A stretch of 64,000 nt of DNA from positions 288,001 through 352,000 of the forward strand of contig CBDCSU010000004.1 of the NCBI GenBank assembly GCA_965221775.1, in the 5' to 3' direction. A program made the translations under genes and the position numbers. The DNA is from Candidatus Latescibacterota bacterium (GTDB lineage Bacteria > Latescibacterota > UBA2968 > UBA8231). A model generated the notes under the pieces. That model was not told the DNA's origin, made no database searches, and worked only from the letters and a program-made list of their open reading frames with translations. This document shows positions 1-9,736 of this stretch, piece after piece (the first letter of the stretch is position 1; the number at the start of each line of letters is the position of its first letter).

Positions 1-1500
1 GCGCCGGTTGTCCTCGTCTTGCCAGAAACCCCGGGTCATGCCGATCCAGGGGGTGCGGACGGCGAGCTCGCCCACCTGGTTGCGCACGGGCCGGCCCTGC
101 TCGTCGAGGACGACCACGTCCATCCCGGGGCAGGGCGCGGAGAACGCGGCCGGCTTGGCCGGCCTCAGGGGGTTGTCCATGAGGATGCCGCCGCTGACCT
201 CGGTGCCGCCGGAGTAGTTGACGATGGGGATCCGCCCCTCTCCCACCTCCTCGAAGAGCCAGCGCCAGGGCTCCGGGTTCCAGGGCTCACCGGTGGAGCC
301 GAAGGACCGCAGCCGCGACAGGTCCCGCCGGCGATGGTGCTGCGATCCCCTGGACTTGAGGACCCGCACCAGGGTGGGGGAGAGTCCGATCTGGGTCAGG
401 CCCCGGCCCTCGGCCATCGCCCAGATGCGACCGGGGTCCGGGTAGTCGGGGGCCCCCTCGTAGAGGAAGCAGGCGGCGCCGAGGAGGCTGGTGCCGAAGA
501 CCAGCCAGGGGCCCATCATCCAGCCCATGTCCGTGATCCAGTAGACCAGGTCCCCCGGGCGGACGTCGAGTCCGAAGCACATGTCCTGGGCCGCCTTCAC
601 CGGGAATCCGCAGTGGGTGTGGACGGCTCCCTTGGGGCGGCCCGTGGTCCCGGAGGTGTAGAGGATCATCATCCTCTCCTCCGCCTCCGCGTCGTGGGGG
701 GCGCACTCCGGAGACTGTTCCGGCACCAGCCGGTGCCACCAGTGGTCCCGTCCGGCGCACATGTCGACGGGATTCCCGGAGTGCCGCAGGACCAGGACCG
801 TGCGGATCTCCGGCAGCCGGGCGAGGGCGGCGTCGGCGACCGCCTTGAGGGGGACCGTTGCGCCCTTGCGGGAGAAGCCGTCGGCGGTGATCAGGGCCGC
901 GGCGCCGGCGTCGGAGAGGCGGGAGGCGACGGCCCCGGCGCCGAAGCCGGTGAACAGGGGAAGGACCACGCCGCCGATGCGGATCACCGCCAGCAGGGCG
1001 ACGACGATCTCCGCCGTCATCGGCAGCAGGAGGCCGACGCGGTCCCCGGGCCGGACGCCCAGGGCCCGCAGGGCGTTGGCGCAGCGTCCGACCTCGGCCG
1101 CCAGTTGCGCGTAGGTGAGCGTCCTCACCTCGCCCGCCTCCGACTCGGCGACCACCGCGGTTCGCCCCGCGCTCTCGGGGGACTCGAGCCAGCGGTCGAG
1201 GCAGTTGACGGTGATGTTCATGCGCCCGCCGGGGCACCAGCGGGGGAGGGCGGGCCCCCGGCCCAGGTCGACGACGCCATCGTACGGGGTGGAGAACCGG
1301 AGGCCCAGGAACCGCAGGACCGCCTCGGTGAAGCCGGCCACATCGCGGGTGGACCGGGCCATGAGGTCGTCGAGGTCCGCCGCCCCGTAGAACTCCATGA
1401 ACCGCTTCAGGTTGGCCCGGTCAAGGTGGTGCGGCTCCGGGGACCAGAGGATGCTGTCGGCGTCGGGCAGGGGATGCCGGCCCCGCCGGGATTGCGTCAT
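1..1500 (-). CDS. AMP-dependent acyl-CoA synthetase (acetate--CoA ligase family), 3' end runs off the window
   Basis: Absent from the ORF track because there is no stop in the window. Manual translation from ATG at 1500 (MTQSRRGRHPLPDADSILWSPEP...) is in frame with the AMP-binding P-loop MMILYTSGTTGRPKGAVHTH around 620-672. Confidence 0.9.
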   Translation of the reverse strand, partial: MTQSRRGRHPLPDADSILWSPEPHHLDRANLKRFMEFYGAADLDDLMARSTRDVAGFTEAVLRFLGLRFSTPYDGVVDLGRGPALPRWCPGGRMNITVNCLDRWLESPESAGRTAVVAESEAGEVRTLTYAQLAAEVGRCANALRALGVRPGDRVGLLLPMTAEIVVALLAVIRIGGVVLPLFTGFGAGAVASRLSDAGAAALITADGFSRKGATVPLKAVADAALARLPEIRTVLVLRHSGNPVDMCAGRDHWWHRLVPEQSPECAPHDAEAEERMMILYTSGTTGRPKGAVHTHCGFPVKAAQDMCFGLDVRPGDLVYWITDMGWMMGPWLVFGTSLLGAACFLYEGAPDYPDPGRIWAMAEGRGLTQIGLSPTLVRVLKSRGSQHHRRRDLSRLRSFGSTGEPWNPEPWRWLFEEVGEGRIPIVNYSGGTEVSGGILMDNPLRPAKPAAFSAPCPGMDVVVLDEQGRPVRNQVGELAVRTPWIGMTRGFWQDEDNRR

Positions 1501-1525
1501 CGCCGCCACGTGGCTGGCGCCGCCA

Positions 1526-2647
1526 TCAGACCGCGTAGGCCACCGAGCCGTCCTGGCGAAGGGGGGTGGCGCCGGTGTTCATCGGCTGGAAGGGCCGCTC
1601 GGGGATGAGCTCGTCCACCAGCTCCACGCCCAGGCCGGGCGCCTCGGGTACCGGGATGTGGCCGCCCTCGCGCCGGTGGGCGCAACGGTACACGGCGTTC
1701 GCCTCGGCTTCGTCGCCCTTGGTGTACTCCTGGGTGATGAAGTTGGGGATGCAGGCGTCGAGATGGACCGAGGCGGCCGTCACCAGGGGGCCGAGGAAGT
1801 TGTGGGTCACCACCGCGCAATGGTAGGACTCGGCGATGGCGGCGATCTTCTTGCAGTGGGTCAGGCCGCCCGCCAGGCCCACGTCCGGGCGCACGTACTG
1901 GGGCCCGCCGCTCTCCAGCAGCTCGCGGAACTCCCAGATCGTGGTCAGACGCTCGCCGTTGCCCACGGGAACGTTGCAGCGCCTGGCCACCTCGGCCTGG
2001 CTCTGGACGCTGTCGATCTGGATCGGGTCCTCGAGGAAGAACAGGTTGAAGGGCCGCAGCGCCTCGGCCAGGGTCCAGGCGGTCATGGGGGTCAGCTTGC
2101 GGTGGACCTCGACGATCAGGTCGAGATCGGGGCCGCCGCCTTCGCGGGCGGCGGCGACGAGGTCACGGGCCCGCCCCACCATGCGGTCGATGCCGGCGTC
2201 GATGTGGTGGACGGGGTCGAACTTCAGGGCCGTGAACCCCTCCTCCACGGCGCCGCGGGCATGGGCGCGCATGGCCTCCGGCGTGTCGGCCCCACCCAGC
2301 AGATGCAGGCGGATGCGGTCGCGGCAGCGCCCGCCGAGAAGCTCCCAGACCGGCGCCTGGTAGTGCTTGCCCTTGATGTCCCAGAGGGCGATGTCGACGG
2401 CGCTCACCGCCCCGGCCAGGGCCGTGCCCCGGAAGGGGGACATGCGGTAGAGGTGCTGCCAGTGATGCTCGATGCGCAGCGGGTCCTGCCCGACGAGGTA
2501 GCGCTCGAAGGCGGAGACGATGCTCTGAACCGCCTCCGGATAGCCCCAGCAGGCGGTCTGCCCGACGCCGGTCAGACCGCTGTCGGTGGTGAGGCGCACG
2601 ACGTATCCGCCGCCGATGAGAAAGGACTCGATGCGCTCGATCTTCAT
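1526..2647 (-). CDS. Enolase-superfamily acid-sugar dehydratase (galactonate dehydratase / mandelate racemase subgroup)
   Basis: MKIERIESF start; SAVDIALWDIKGK, GFTALKFDP, metal ligands EVH/EDP/GER, RPD and THN motifs. Confidence 0.88.
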   Translation of the reverse strand: MKIERIESFLIGGGYVVRLTTDSGLTGVGQTACWGYPEAVQSIVSAFERYLVGQDPLRIEHHWQHLYRMSPFRGTALAGAVSAVDIALWDIKGKHYQAPVWELLGGRCRDRIRLHLLGGADTPEAMRAHARGAVEEGFTALKFDPVHHIDAGIDRMVGRARDLVAAAREGGGPDLDLIVEVHRKLTPMTAWTLAEALRPFNLFFLEDPIQIDSVQSQAEVARRCNVPVGNGERLTTIWEFRELLESGGPQYVRPDVGLAGGLTHCKKIAAIAESYHCAVVTHNFLGPLVTAASVHLDACIPNFITQEYTKGDEAEANAVYRCAHRREGGHIPVPEAPGLGVELVDELIPERPFQPMNTGATPLRQDGSVAYAV

Positions 2648-2783
2648 CCCGGTGTATATTAGCACCGCCCGCCTCGACAACGCGAACCTCCGGCCCTTTC
2701 ACCGCACCAGGAAGCGCGCCGCCGCGCCTGCGACACCGGCGCGCCATCGACGTGCGCCCGGCCGGGCCCTGACAGAGGGAGCG

Positions 2784-3737
2784 ATGGAATACGTACAACT
2801 CGGGAGACTCGGCGTCCGCGTGAGCCGCATCTGCCTCGGCACCGCCTTCCGCGGCCAGCGCGACGACGCCGTGGCCGCGCGCGTCATCGAACGGGCCGTC
2901 GATCTGGGATGCAACTTCATCGACTGCGCCAACTACTACGGCCGGGGGCGCTCCGAGACCGTCCTCGGAAAGGCGATCGGCGCCCAGCGCGACGACCTGT
3001 TCCTCACGAGCAAGGTGTGGAGCCGGATGGGACCGGGACCCAACGACGCCGGGTCCTCCCGCTACCACATCACCCGCGAGGTGGAACGCAGCCTGCGGCG
3101 CCTCGGCACCGACCGCATCGACCTCTACCTCCTCCACAACTGGGACCCCGACTCGCCCCTGGACGAGAGCCTGCGCGCCATGGACGACCTAGTGCGCCAG
3201 GGGAAGGTCCTGTACGTGGGCGCCTGCAACTTCACCGCCGCCCAGGCCCTCGAAGGCCTGTGGACCGCCGACCGCCTCGGCCTCGACCCCTTCGCCTGCC
3301 TGCAGAACGAGTTCAACCTCCTCCACCGCTGGCCGGTCGAGTCGGAGTTGCTGCCCCTGGTGCGGCGCCGCGGGCTCGGCCTGATGACCTACAGCCCGCT
3401 GGCCGTGGGTCTGCTCACCGGCCGCTACCGCCGCGGCCAGCCGCCGCCGGCGGGGTCCCACTGGGAGGGCCGCAAGGACTTCGAGGGCACGATGGAGGGC
3501 ATCGACGGCGTCGTGCAGTCCCTGATCGCCATCGGCTCCCGCCTCGGCAGGACCCCGGCGCAGGTGGCGCTGGCGTGGCTCCTCGACCACCCGGAGGTGA
3601 CGGCCCCCATGATCGGCCCCGACCTGCCCGAGCACGTGGACGAGGCCTTCAGGGCCCTGGGCTGGCAGTTGCCGCCCGAGGACCGGGCCGCCCTCGACGC
3701 GGCGACGGAGGCGGCCCCGGCACGCCGGTATCCGTGA
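2784..3737 (+). CDS. Aldo/keto reductase
   Basis: MEYVQLGRLGVRVSRICLG, IDCANYY, SKV, SLRRLGTDRIDLYLLH, YSPLAVGLLTG; GAGGGAG RBS-like sequence upstream. Confidence 0.93.
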   Translation: MEYVQLGRLGVRVSRICLGTAFRGQRDDAVAARVIERAVDLGCNFIDCANYYGRGRSETVLGKAIGAQRDDLFLTSKVWSRMGPGPNDAGSSRYHITREVERSLRRLGTDRIDLYLLHNWDPDSPLDESLRAMDDLVRQGKVLYVGACNFTAAQALEGLWTADRLGLDPFACLQNEFNLLHRWPVESELLPLVRRRGLGLMTYSPLAVGLLTGRYRRGQPPPAGSHWEGRKDFEGTMEGIDGVVQSLIAIGSRLGRTPAQVALAWLLDHPEVTAPMIGPDLPEHVDEAFRALGWQLPPEDRAALDAATEAAPARRYP

Positions 3738-5620
3738 CCTCCGAAGGGGGCCGCGCCGCGCCCGGGCCGCCGGATCTGCGGCCGCCGGCGGAGGTCTGGC
3801 TTCACTCCGACCTTCCCGGGCGTTTCGGGCGCTCCTTCCGGTTCTCCCGGATCGAGGCCAGTCTGCGGGCCGACGACCCGGGGCAGGTCACCGGGGTCCT
3901 GGAGGCCGTCGAGGCGGCCGTGGACCGCGGGTTGCACGCCGTCGGCTTCCTCTGTTACGAGGCGGCGCCGGCCTTCGACCCCGCCTTCCCCTGCGGTCCC
4001 CGCGACGCCCTGCTGCCCCTGGCCTGGTTCGGACTCTACGGGCAGAGACAGGCGATCTCCGCCGCCGAGGGTCCGCCCTCCCTGGAGTACAGGCTCGGCC
4101 CTTGGGAGCCGGGGCGCGGTCCCCGGGACCACGCCGGGGCCGTGGGCCGCATCCACGAGTACATCGCCGCCGGCGACACCTGGCAGGTGAACTACACCTT
4201 CCCCTTGTCCGCCTCTTTCGAGGGCGATCCCGGAGGGCTCTACCGCGACCTTCGCCGCTCCCAGGGAGGCGCGGGTTTCTGTGCCTTCCTCGACCTCGGG
4301 AGGTCGGTGGTGGTCTCCGCCTCGCCGGAGCTGTTCTTCGCCCTGGACGGCGGCGGCGGCATCGAGACACGGCCCATGAAGGGCACCCGCCGGCGCGGAC
4401 GCTGGGTGGAAGAAGACGACGAGCTCGCCCGCGAGTTGACCGCCAGCGCCAAGGAGCGGGCGGAGAACGTCATGATCGTGGACCTGCTGCGGAACGACCT
4501 CGGCCGCGTGGCGGCGATGGGGTCGGTCCATGTGCCGCGGCTCTGGCGGGCGGAGGCCCTCGACACGGTCTGGCAGATGACCTCGACGGTCACCGCGACG
4601 CTGCGGGATGGGGTGGGGCCGGGACAGGTCTTCGAGGCCCTCTTCCCCTGCGGGTCGGTCACCGGGGCGCCCAAGGTGCGGACGACGCAGATCATCCGCG
4701 AGCTGGAGGACGCACCCCGGGGGGTGTACACCGGCTCCATCGGTTACCTCTCCCCCGCGGACGAGGGCGCCGATACCCCGCGGGGGATGGAGGCGCGGTT
4801 CTCCGTCGCCATCCGCACCGTCACCCTCGACCGCGCCGCCGGCATCGCCCGGGCGGGGGTCGGCGCCGGCATCACCTGGGGCTCGGAAGCGTCTTCCGAG
4901 TACCGGGAATGCCTGGCCAAGGCGCGCTTCCTCACGCCTTCCCACACGGAGTTCGAGCTCCTCGAAGCTCTCCTGTTTGAGCCGGAACACGGATACTATC
5001 TTCTCGAACGCCACCTGCGCAGGCTGAAGGGTTCGGCGAGGTACTTCGGGTTCCCCTATGACGAGCCCCGCGTGCGCTCCCGGCTCGCCGCCGCCGCCGC
5101 CGGGGCGCGCGGGCCTCGGCAGGTTCGCCTGACGATGGCCCGGGACGGCGGCATGAACGTCGAATCTTCCGAGGTGGGAGCGGCCCCCTCCGAGGTGACG
5201 GCCGTCATCGCCGAGGAAGTCGCTGTGGACGAGGAGGACCGGTTCCACTATCACAAGACCACCCACCGGGGGGTCTACGAAAAGGCTCTCGCCGAGGCTC
5301 GCCGCCGGGGCGCCCGGGAGGCGGTCCTGACAAACCGGCGGGGCGAGATCGCCGGGGCCGCGTCGGGGAACGTGCTCGTGCAGACGGAGGCCGGCTGCTT
5401 CACGCCGCCCCTGGCCAGCGGAGCCCTGCCGGGGACGATGCGAGCCGGGCTGCTGGCCGCGGGCGAGGCGAGGGAGCGCCGCTTGCGGGTCGAGGACCTC
5501 GCTTGCGCGCGGGCGGTCTACCGGATCGATTCCGTGACCCGCCGTGTGCTTCTGAGGATTCCGGACATGGTCCGCGGCGGGGCCGGCCCAATTCGAGAAG
5601 CCGCCGCCTTCGGCCGCTGA
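3734..5620 (+). CDS. pabB: Aminodeoxychorismate synthase component I fused to a class IV aminotransferase/ADC lyase-like domain
   Basis: GTGA overlap with the upstream stop; SPELFF, PMKGT, ENVMIVDLLRNDLGR, FPCGSVTGAPK, IRT; the C-terminal domain has LERHLRRL, HKTT and LPGTMR. Confidence 0.88.
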   Translation: MTSEGGRAAPGPPDLRPPAEVWLHSDLPGRFGRSFRFSRIEASLRADDPGQVTGVLEAVEAAVDRGLHAVGFLCYEAAPAFDPAFPCGPRDALLPLAWFGLYGQRQAISAAEGPPSLEYRLGPWEPGRGPRDHAGAVGRIHEYIAAGDTWQVNYTFPLSASFEGDPGGLYRDLRRSQGGAGFCAFLDLGRSVVVSASPELFFALDGGGGIETRPMKGTRRRGRWVEEDDELARELTASAKERAENVMIVDLLRNDLGRVAAMGSVHVPRLWRAEALDTVWQMTSTVTATLRDGVGPGQVFEALFPCGSVTGAPKVRTTQIIRELEDAPRGVYTGSIGYLSPADEGADTPRGMEARFSVAIRTVTLDRAAGIARAGVGAGITWGSEASSEYRECLAKARFLTPSHTEFELLEALLFEPEHGYYLLERHLRRLKGSARYFGFPYDEPRVRSRLAAAAAGARGPRQVRLTMARDGGMNVESSEVGAAPSEVTAVIAEEVAVDEEDRFHYHKTTHRGVYEKALAEARRRGAREAVLTNRRGEIAGAASGNVLVQTEAGCFTPPLASGALPGTMRAGLLAAGEARERRLRVEDLACARAVYRIDSVTRRVLLRIPDMVRGGAGPIREAAAFGR

Positions 5621-5637
5621 TCTCAGGAGGTCCTTCA

Positions 5638-6837
5638 GTGTATCGCATGGGAGAGGCAGAGATCCGGAGGATCCGGCGCCTCATCGAGTCGGGGAAGATC
5701 TTCCGCTACGGCTCCGGCGGGGAGTGCGACCGGTTCGAGGCCGACTGGGCCTCTCATCTGGGCGTGAAGCACGCGCGCATGACCCGCTCCGGAACGTCGG
5801 CCCTGTACACCGCCCTCGTCGGCCTCGGCGTGGGGCCCGGGGACCAGGTGGTGGTACCCGCCTACACCTACATGGCGACGGCCCTGGCGGTCCTCTCCGC
5901 CGGAGCCATCCCGGTGGTCGCCGACGTGGACGACTCCCTCACGCTGTCGGCGGCGGACCTCGAAAGCCGCCTGACCCGGCACACGCGGGCCGTGATCCCC
6001 GTGCATATGGTCGGCCTCCCCTGCGACATGGACGGCATCATGAAGGTCGCGCGGCGCCACGACCTGCTCGTCCTCGAAGACGCCTGCCAGGCCGTCGGCG
6101 GGGGCTACCGCGGCAGGGCCCTGGGGTCGATCGGCCACGCCGGCGCCTTCAGCTTCAACTTCTTCAAGAACATCACCTGCGGCGAAGGGGGAGCCTTCGT
6201 CACCGGCTCGAAGGCCGTGTACGACCGCGGCTCGGTGGCCGTCGACTGCTGCTCCTTCTACTGGGACGCCGACCCGGGAGACCCGGAGGCGCCGCGGTCT
6301 GCCGAGGACCTGCAGTTCGCCGGCCACAACTTCCGCGCCTCCGAGTTCGAGGGAGCCATCCTCAACGTTCAGCTCGGACGGCTGGACGGGATGCTGGCGC
6401 GGATGCGCGACCAGAAGCAGGCCCTCACCGAAGCCGGAGAGGCCGCCGGGCTCACCTCGATCCGCAACCACAGCCCGGACCACGAGTGCGGCACCCATGC
6501 CGGCTTCCTCTTCGAGACGGAGGAGCGGGCGCGGACCTTCTCGGCCGATCTCGCCGGCAGGGGCGTGGGCAACTTCCGCCCCCTCGACACGGGCCGCCAC
6601 GTCTATACCCGGTGGGAGCCGATCCTGCGCCAGCAGGGGTCTCACCACCCGGCCCTGGATCCCTTCAAGATCCCGGCCAACCGCAAGTGCAGGGTGAGGT
6701 ATACCCACGACATGTGCGCCTCTTCCCTCGACATCCTCGGGCGGGCGGTCCTCGTGCCCTGCCATCCCGACCATCGGAAGCCGCGCCTGCGATCGATGAT
6801 CAAGGGGCTGGAAGCCGCCGCGGAGGCGGGGGCGTGA
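5638..6837 (+). CDS. DegT/DnrJ/EryC1/StrS family PLP-dependent aminotransferase
   Basis: AGGAGG 7 nt before GTG; SGTSAL, PVH, EDACQA, FSFNFFKNITCGEGG (PLP lysine). Confidence 0.92.
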   Translation: MYRMGEAEIRRIRRLIESGKIFRYGSGGECDRFEADWASHLGVKHARMTRSGTSALYTALVGLGVGPGDQVVVPAYTYMATALAVLSAGAIPVVADVDDSLTLSAADLESRLTRHTRAVIPVHMVGLPCDMDGIMKVARRHDLLVLEDACQAVGGGYRGRALGSIGHAGAFSFNFFKNITCGEGGAFVTGSKAVYDRGSVAVDCCSFYWDADPGDPEAPRSAEDLQFAGHNFRASEFEGAILNVQLGRLDGMLARMRDQKQALTEAGEAAGLTSIRNHSPDHECGTHAGFLFETEERARTFSADLAGRGVGNFRPLDTGRHVYTRWEPILRQQGSHHPALDPFKIPANRKCRVRYTHDMCASSLDILGRAVLVPCHPDHRKPRLRSMIKGLEAAAEAGA

Positions 6838-8855
6838 AGAGCTCGTCCGACCTCCTCACCGTCGGTCTGGACCCGGCGGCCGGAGACCGGCGCCTGCTGG
6901 CGCCGCGAGCGCTCACGACTCCCTGCGGGCTGGCGCCTCTCGCCGACCTGGCCGACTGGCGGCGGAGGGCCGCCCACATCCGCGAACGGATCCTCGCCGT
7001 CACCGGCCTTCTGCCATCGCCCCGGCGGTCGCCCCTCAGGGCCCGGGTCTTCGGGCGCGTCGAGGAGCAGGGCTGTTCGGTGGAGAAGGTCCACTTCGAG
7101 AGCCTCCCCGGGTTGTTCGTGTGCGGCAACCTCTACCGGCCCCTCGGTCTCACCGGAGCGGCGCCCGGGATCGCCTGTCCCCACGGCCACTGGTCCCAGG
7201 GACGGTTCCACCAGGACCACCTGGGCTCGGTCCCCGGGCGCGGCATCGGCCTGGCGCGCCTCGGCTGTGTGGCCTTCGCCTACGACATGGTCGGCTACAA
7301 CGACTCGGCTCAGTTCGAGCACCGCCTCGCCTTCGGCCCTCGGGCCGCGCCGTGGGGGGTGGGGCAGCTGGGGCTGCAGCTGTGGAACAGCCTGCGGGTC
7401 ATCGACTTCCTCTGCTCCCTGAGCGATGTCGATCCCCGCCGCATCGGCGTCACCGGCGCCTCCGGCGGCGGCACCCAGACCTTCCTGCTCACCGCCGTCG
7501 ACGACCGGGTGGCCGCCGCCGCCCCGGTGAACATGATCTCGGGACACATGCAGGGAGGCTGCGTCTGCGAGAACCAGGCCCACCTGCGGCTCGACCTGAA
7601 CAACATCGAGATCGCCGCCTGCGCCGCCCCGCGTCCGCTGATGATGGTCTCGGCCACGGGCGACTGGACCGTGCACACGCCGTACCACGAGTACCCCGCC
7701 GTGCGCCGGGTCTACGACCTCTTCGGAGCCGCCGGACGCGTCCACACCTGCCAGGTGGAGGCCGACCACAACTACAACCGGGCGAGCCGGGAGGCGGTGT
7801 ACGGCTTCTTCCGGCGCTACCTCCTCGGCGGCTCGGGCGCGCCGGTCCGGGAGCCGGACCTGGATCCCGTGGACCCCGCCGAGCTTCACGTCTTCCCCCG
7901 GGAGCCCGGCTCCGGCCGGACCGTCATGCCGAAGCGGGCCCTGGCGGCGGGGGACCTGATCGACTCCGTCGAACGCCGGGCCCGGCGGCGCAACGCCCTT
8001 CTGCAGCCGCGGGACCTCGCCGGCCTGCGGCGGCTGCGCTCCCGCCTCGGCCCGGCCCTGCGGCACTGCTTGGCCGCGCGCATGCCGGCCCCCGGAGAGG
8101 TGGACCTTCAGGACCGGGGGAGGGAGCGCCTGCGGCATCGGGGCGGGGAGCTGGTGTACGAGCGCCTGCTGCTGAGGCTCGAAGGCGGCGCCGTCCCCGC
8201 GGTGATGGTCTCGGCGGCTTCCGCCGCCCGGGGGCCGGCGGCCCTGGTCGTGCACGGGGAGGGCAAGGCGGCGCTCTTCACCAACGGCGGCAAACCTCGT
8301 GCTCCGGTGGCGGCCCTGCTGCGGGCGGGCCACAGGGTGCTGACCGTCGACCCCTTTCTGCTGGGCGAGGCCGGGGCTGGGGACCACCCCTACCCGGTCG
8401 AGGGCATCGACCACTTCCACACCTACAACCCGGTGACGCCATCGGCGCGTGTCCAGGACGTGCTCACCGCCCTCGGCTATCTCCGCGACCGGCCCGAGAC
8501 CACCGGCGTTTGCCTCCTCGGACTGGGGCGGGCCGGCCTGTGGTGCCTCTTCGCCGCCGCCGCCGCGGGCCCCGACGGGCCGCGGGCCACCTGTGTCGAG
8601 GTCGGCGGGTTCCACTTCGAGCGCGACTGGGAGAGCTCGTGCCCCATCCCCGCGGTCCGGGCCGCCGGGGACGTGACCACCGCCGCGGCCCTGATCGCGC
8701 CCGGGCGCCTGGCCGTCCACGGGGCCAGCGCCGGCCAGCGCTTCCCGGCGGCCGCCGTCCGCAGGATCTACCGGTCCGCCGCCCGCCCGGAGGCCCTGAC
8801 CATCTCCCGCCGCCGGTGGTCCTCGGAGCGCCAGGTGGGCTGGCTGCTGACCTGA
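6834..8855 (+). CDS. Two-domain alpha/beta hydrolase (acetylxylan esterase-like)
   Basis: GTGA overlap; CPHGH, YDMVG, nucleophile elbow TGASGGG, CVCE, HNYN; a second alpha/beta-like domain follows. Confidence 0.8.
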   Translation: MKSSSDLLTVGLDPAAGDRRLLAPRALTTPCGLAPLADLADWRRRAAHIRERILAVTGLLPSPRRSPLRARVFGRVEEQGCSVEKVHFESLPGLFVCGNLYRPLGLTGAAPGIACPHGHWSQGRFHQDHLGSVPGRGIGLARLGCVAFAYDMVGYNDSAQFEHRLAFGPRAAPWGVGQLGLQLWNSLRVIDFLCSLSDVDPRRIGVTGASGGGTQTFLLTAVDDRVAAAAPVNMISGHMQGGCVCENQAHLRLDLNNIEIAACAAPRPLMMVSATGDWTVHTPYHEYPAVRRVYDLFGAAGRVHTCQVEADHNYNRASREAVYGFFRRYLLGGSGAPVREPDLDPVDPAELHVFPREPGSGRTVMPKRALAAGDLIDSVERRARRRNALLQPRDLAGLRRLRSRLGPALRHCLAARMPAPGEVDLQDRGRERLRHRGGELVYERLLLRLEGGAVPAVMVSAASAARGPAALVVHGEGKAALFTNGGKPRAPVAALLRAGHRVLTVDPFLLGEAGAGDHPYPVEGIDHFHTYNPVTPSARVQDVLTALGYLRDRPETTGVCLLGLGRAGLWCLFAAAAAGPDGPRATCVEVGGFHFERDWESSCPIPAVRAAGDVTTAAALIAPGRLAVHGASAGQRFPAAAVRRIYRSAARPEALTISRRRWSSERQVGWLLT

Positions 8856-8896
8856 GGGAGCCCGGGGGCGGGGCACCGGCCTACCCGGCACCTGCG

Positions 8897-9730
8897 ATGA
8901 ACACCGAAGAGCTGCGGGCGAAGAAGGAGCGGGGCGAGCCGATCGTCGTCCTCACCTGCTACGACAGCCCCACGGCCGCCTGGCAGGAGGCGGCCGGCGT
9001 CGACGTCGTGTTCTGCGGCGACAGCGTCGGCACCAATCTCCTCGGGTACGACGACGAGCGGCAGGTGACGATGGACGACATGATCCACCACCTGAAGGCC
9101 GTCCGGCGCGGCCTGCGGGGGGGCTCCTACCTGCTCGCCGACCTGCCCTACGGCTCCGCCGACACTCCCGGCGAGGCCCTGGACAACTCCCTGCGCTTCA
9201 CCGCCCTCGGCGCCGACGGCGTCAAGCTGGAGGGATTCAAGCCCGAGGTCGTGGCCGCCCTCGGCGGGCGCGGACTCGACGTGTGGTGCCATCTCGGCCT
9301 CAACCCGCAGATCCACGAGGCGCCGCGAGTCCAGGCCCGTACCGCCCGGGCCGCGGCCCGCCTCGTGGAGCGCGCCCTCCGTCTTCAGGAGGCAGGCGCG
9401 GCTTTCCTGGTCCTCGAACTCATCCCGGAGGAGGTCGGCAGGGCGGTCACCGAACGTCTCGACATCCCCACCATCGGCATCGCCGCCGGCCGCCACACCG
9501 ACGGGCAGGTCCTGATCGTCACCGACGTCCTCGGCGTCCACGAGCTCGACTTGCGCCACGTGCGCCGCTACGCCGAGTTCGCGCGCCAAGGGACCCGGGG
9601 GATCGCCGCCTATGTCGACGATGTGCGCCAGCGGCGTTTTCCGGCCGCCGGGCAGGGGTCGCGCATGAAGGAGGCCGAGGCGGCCGAGTTCGACGCCTGG
9701 CTGTCCGGCCACCCCCCCGCGGACCGCTAG
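8897..9730 (+). CDS. panB: 3-methyl-2-oxobutanoate hydroxymethyltransferase
   Basis: LTCYD, CGDSVG, ADLPYGS, VKLEG, HLGLNPQ, PTIGIAAG, DGQVLI. Confidence 0.9.
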   Translation: MNTEELRAKKERGEPIVVLTCYDSPTAAWQEAAGVDVVFCGDSVGTNLLGYDDERQVTMDDMIHHLKAVRRGLRGGSYLLADLPYGSADTPGEALDNSLRFTALGADGVKLEGFKPEVVAALGGRGLDVWCHLGLNPQIHEAPRVQARTARAAARLVERALRLQEAGAAFLVLELIPEEVGRAVTERLDIPTIGIAAGRHTDGQVLIVTDVLGVHELDLRHVRRYAEFARQGTRGIAAYVDDVRQRRFPAAGQGSRMKEAEAAEFDAWLSGHPPADR

Positions 9731-9736
9731 CTCCCT

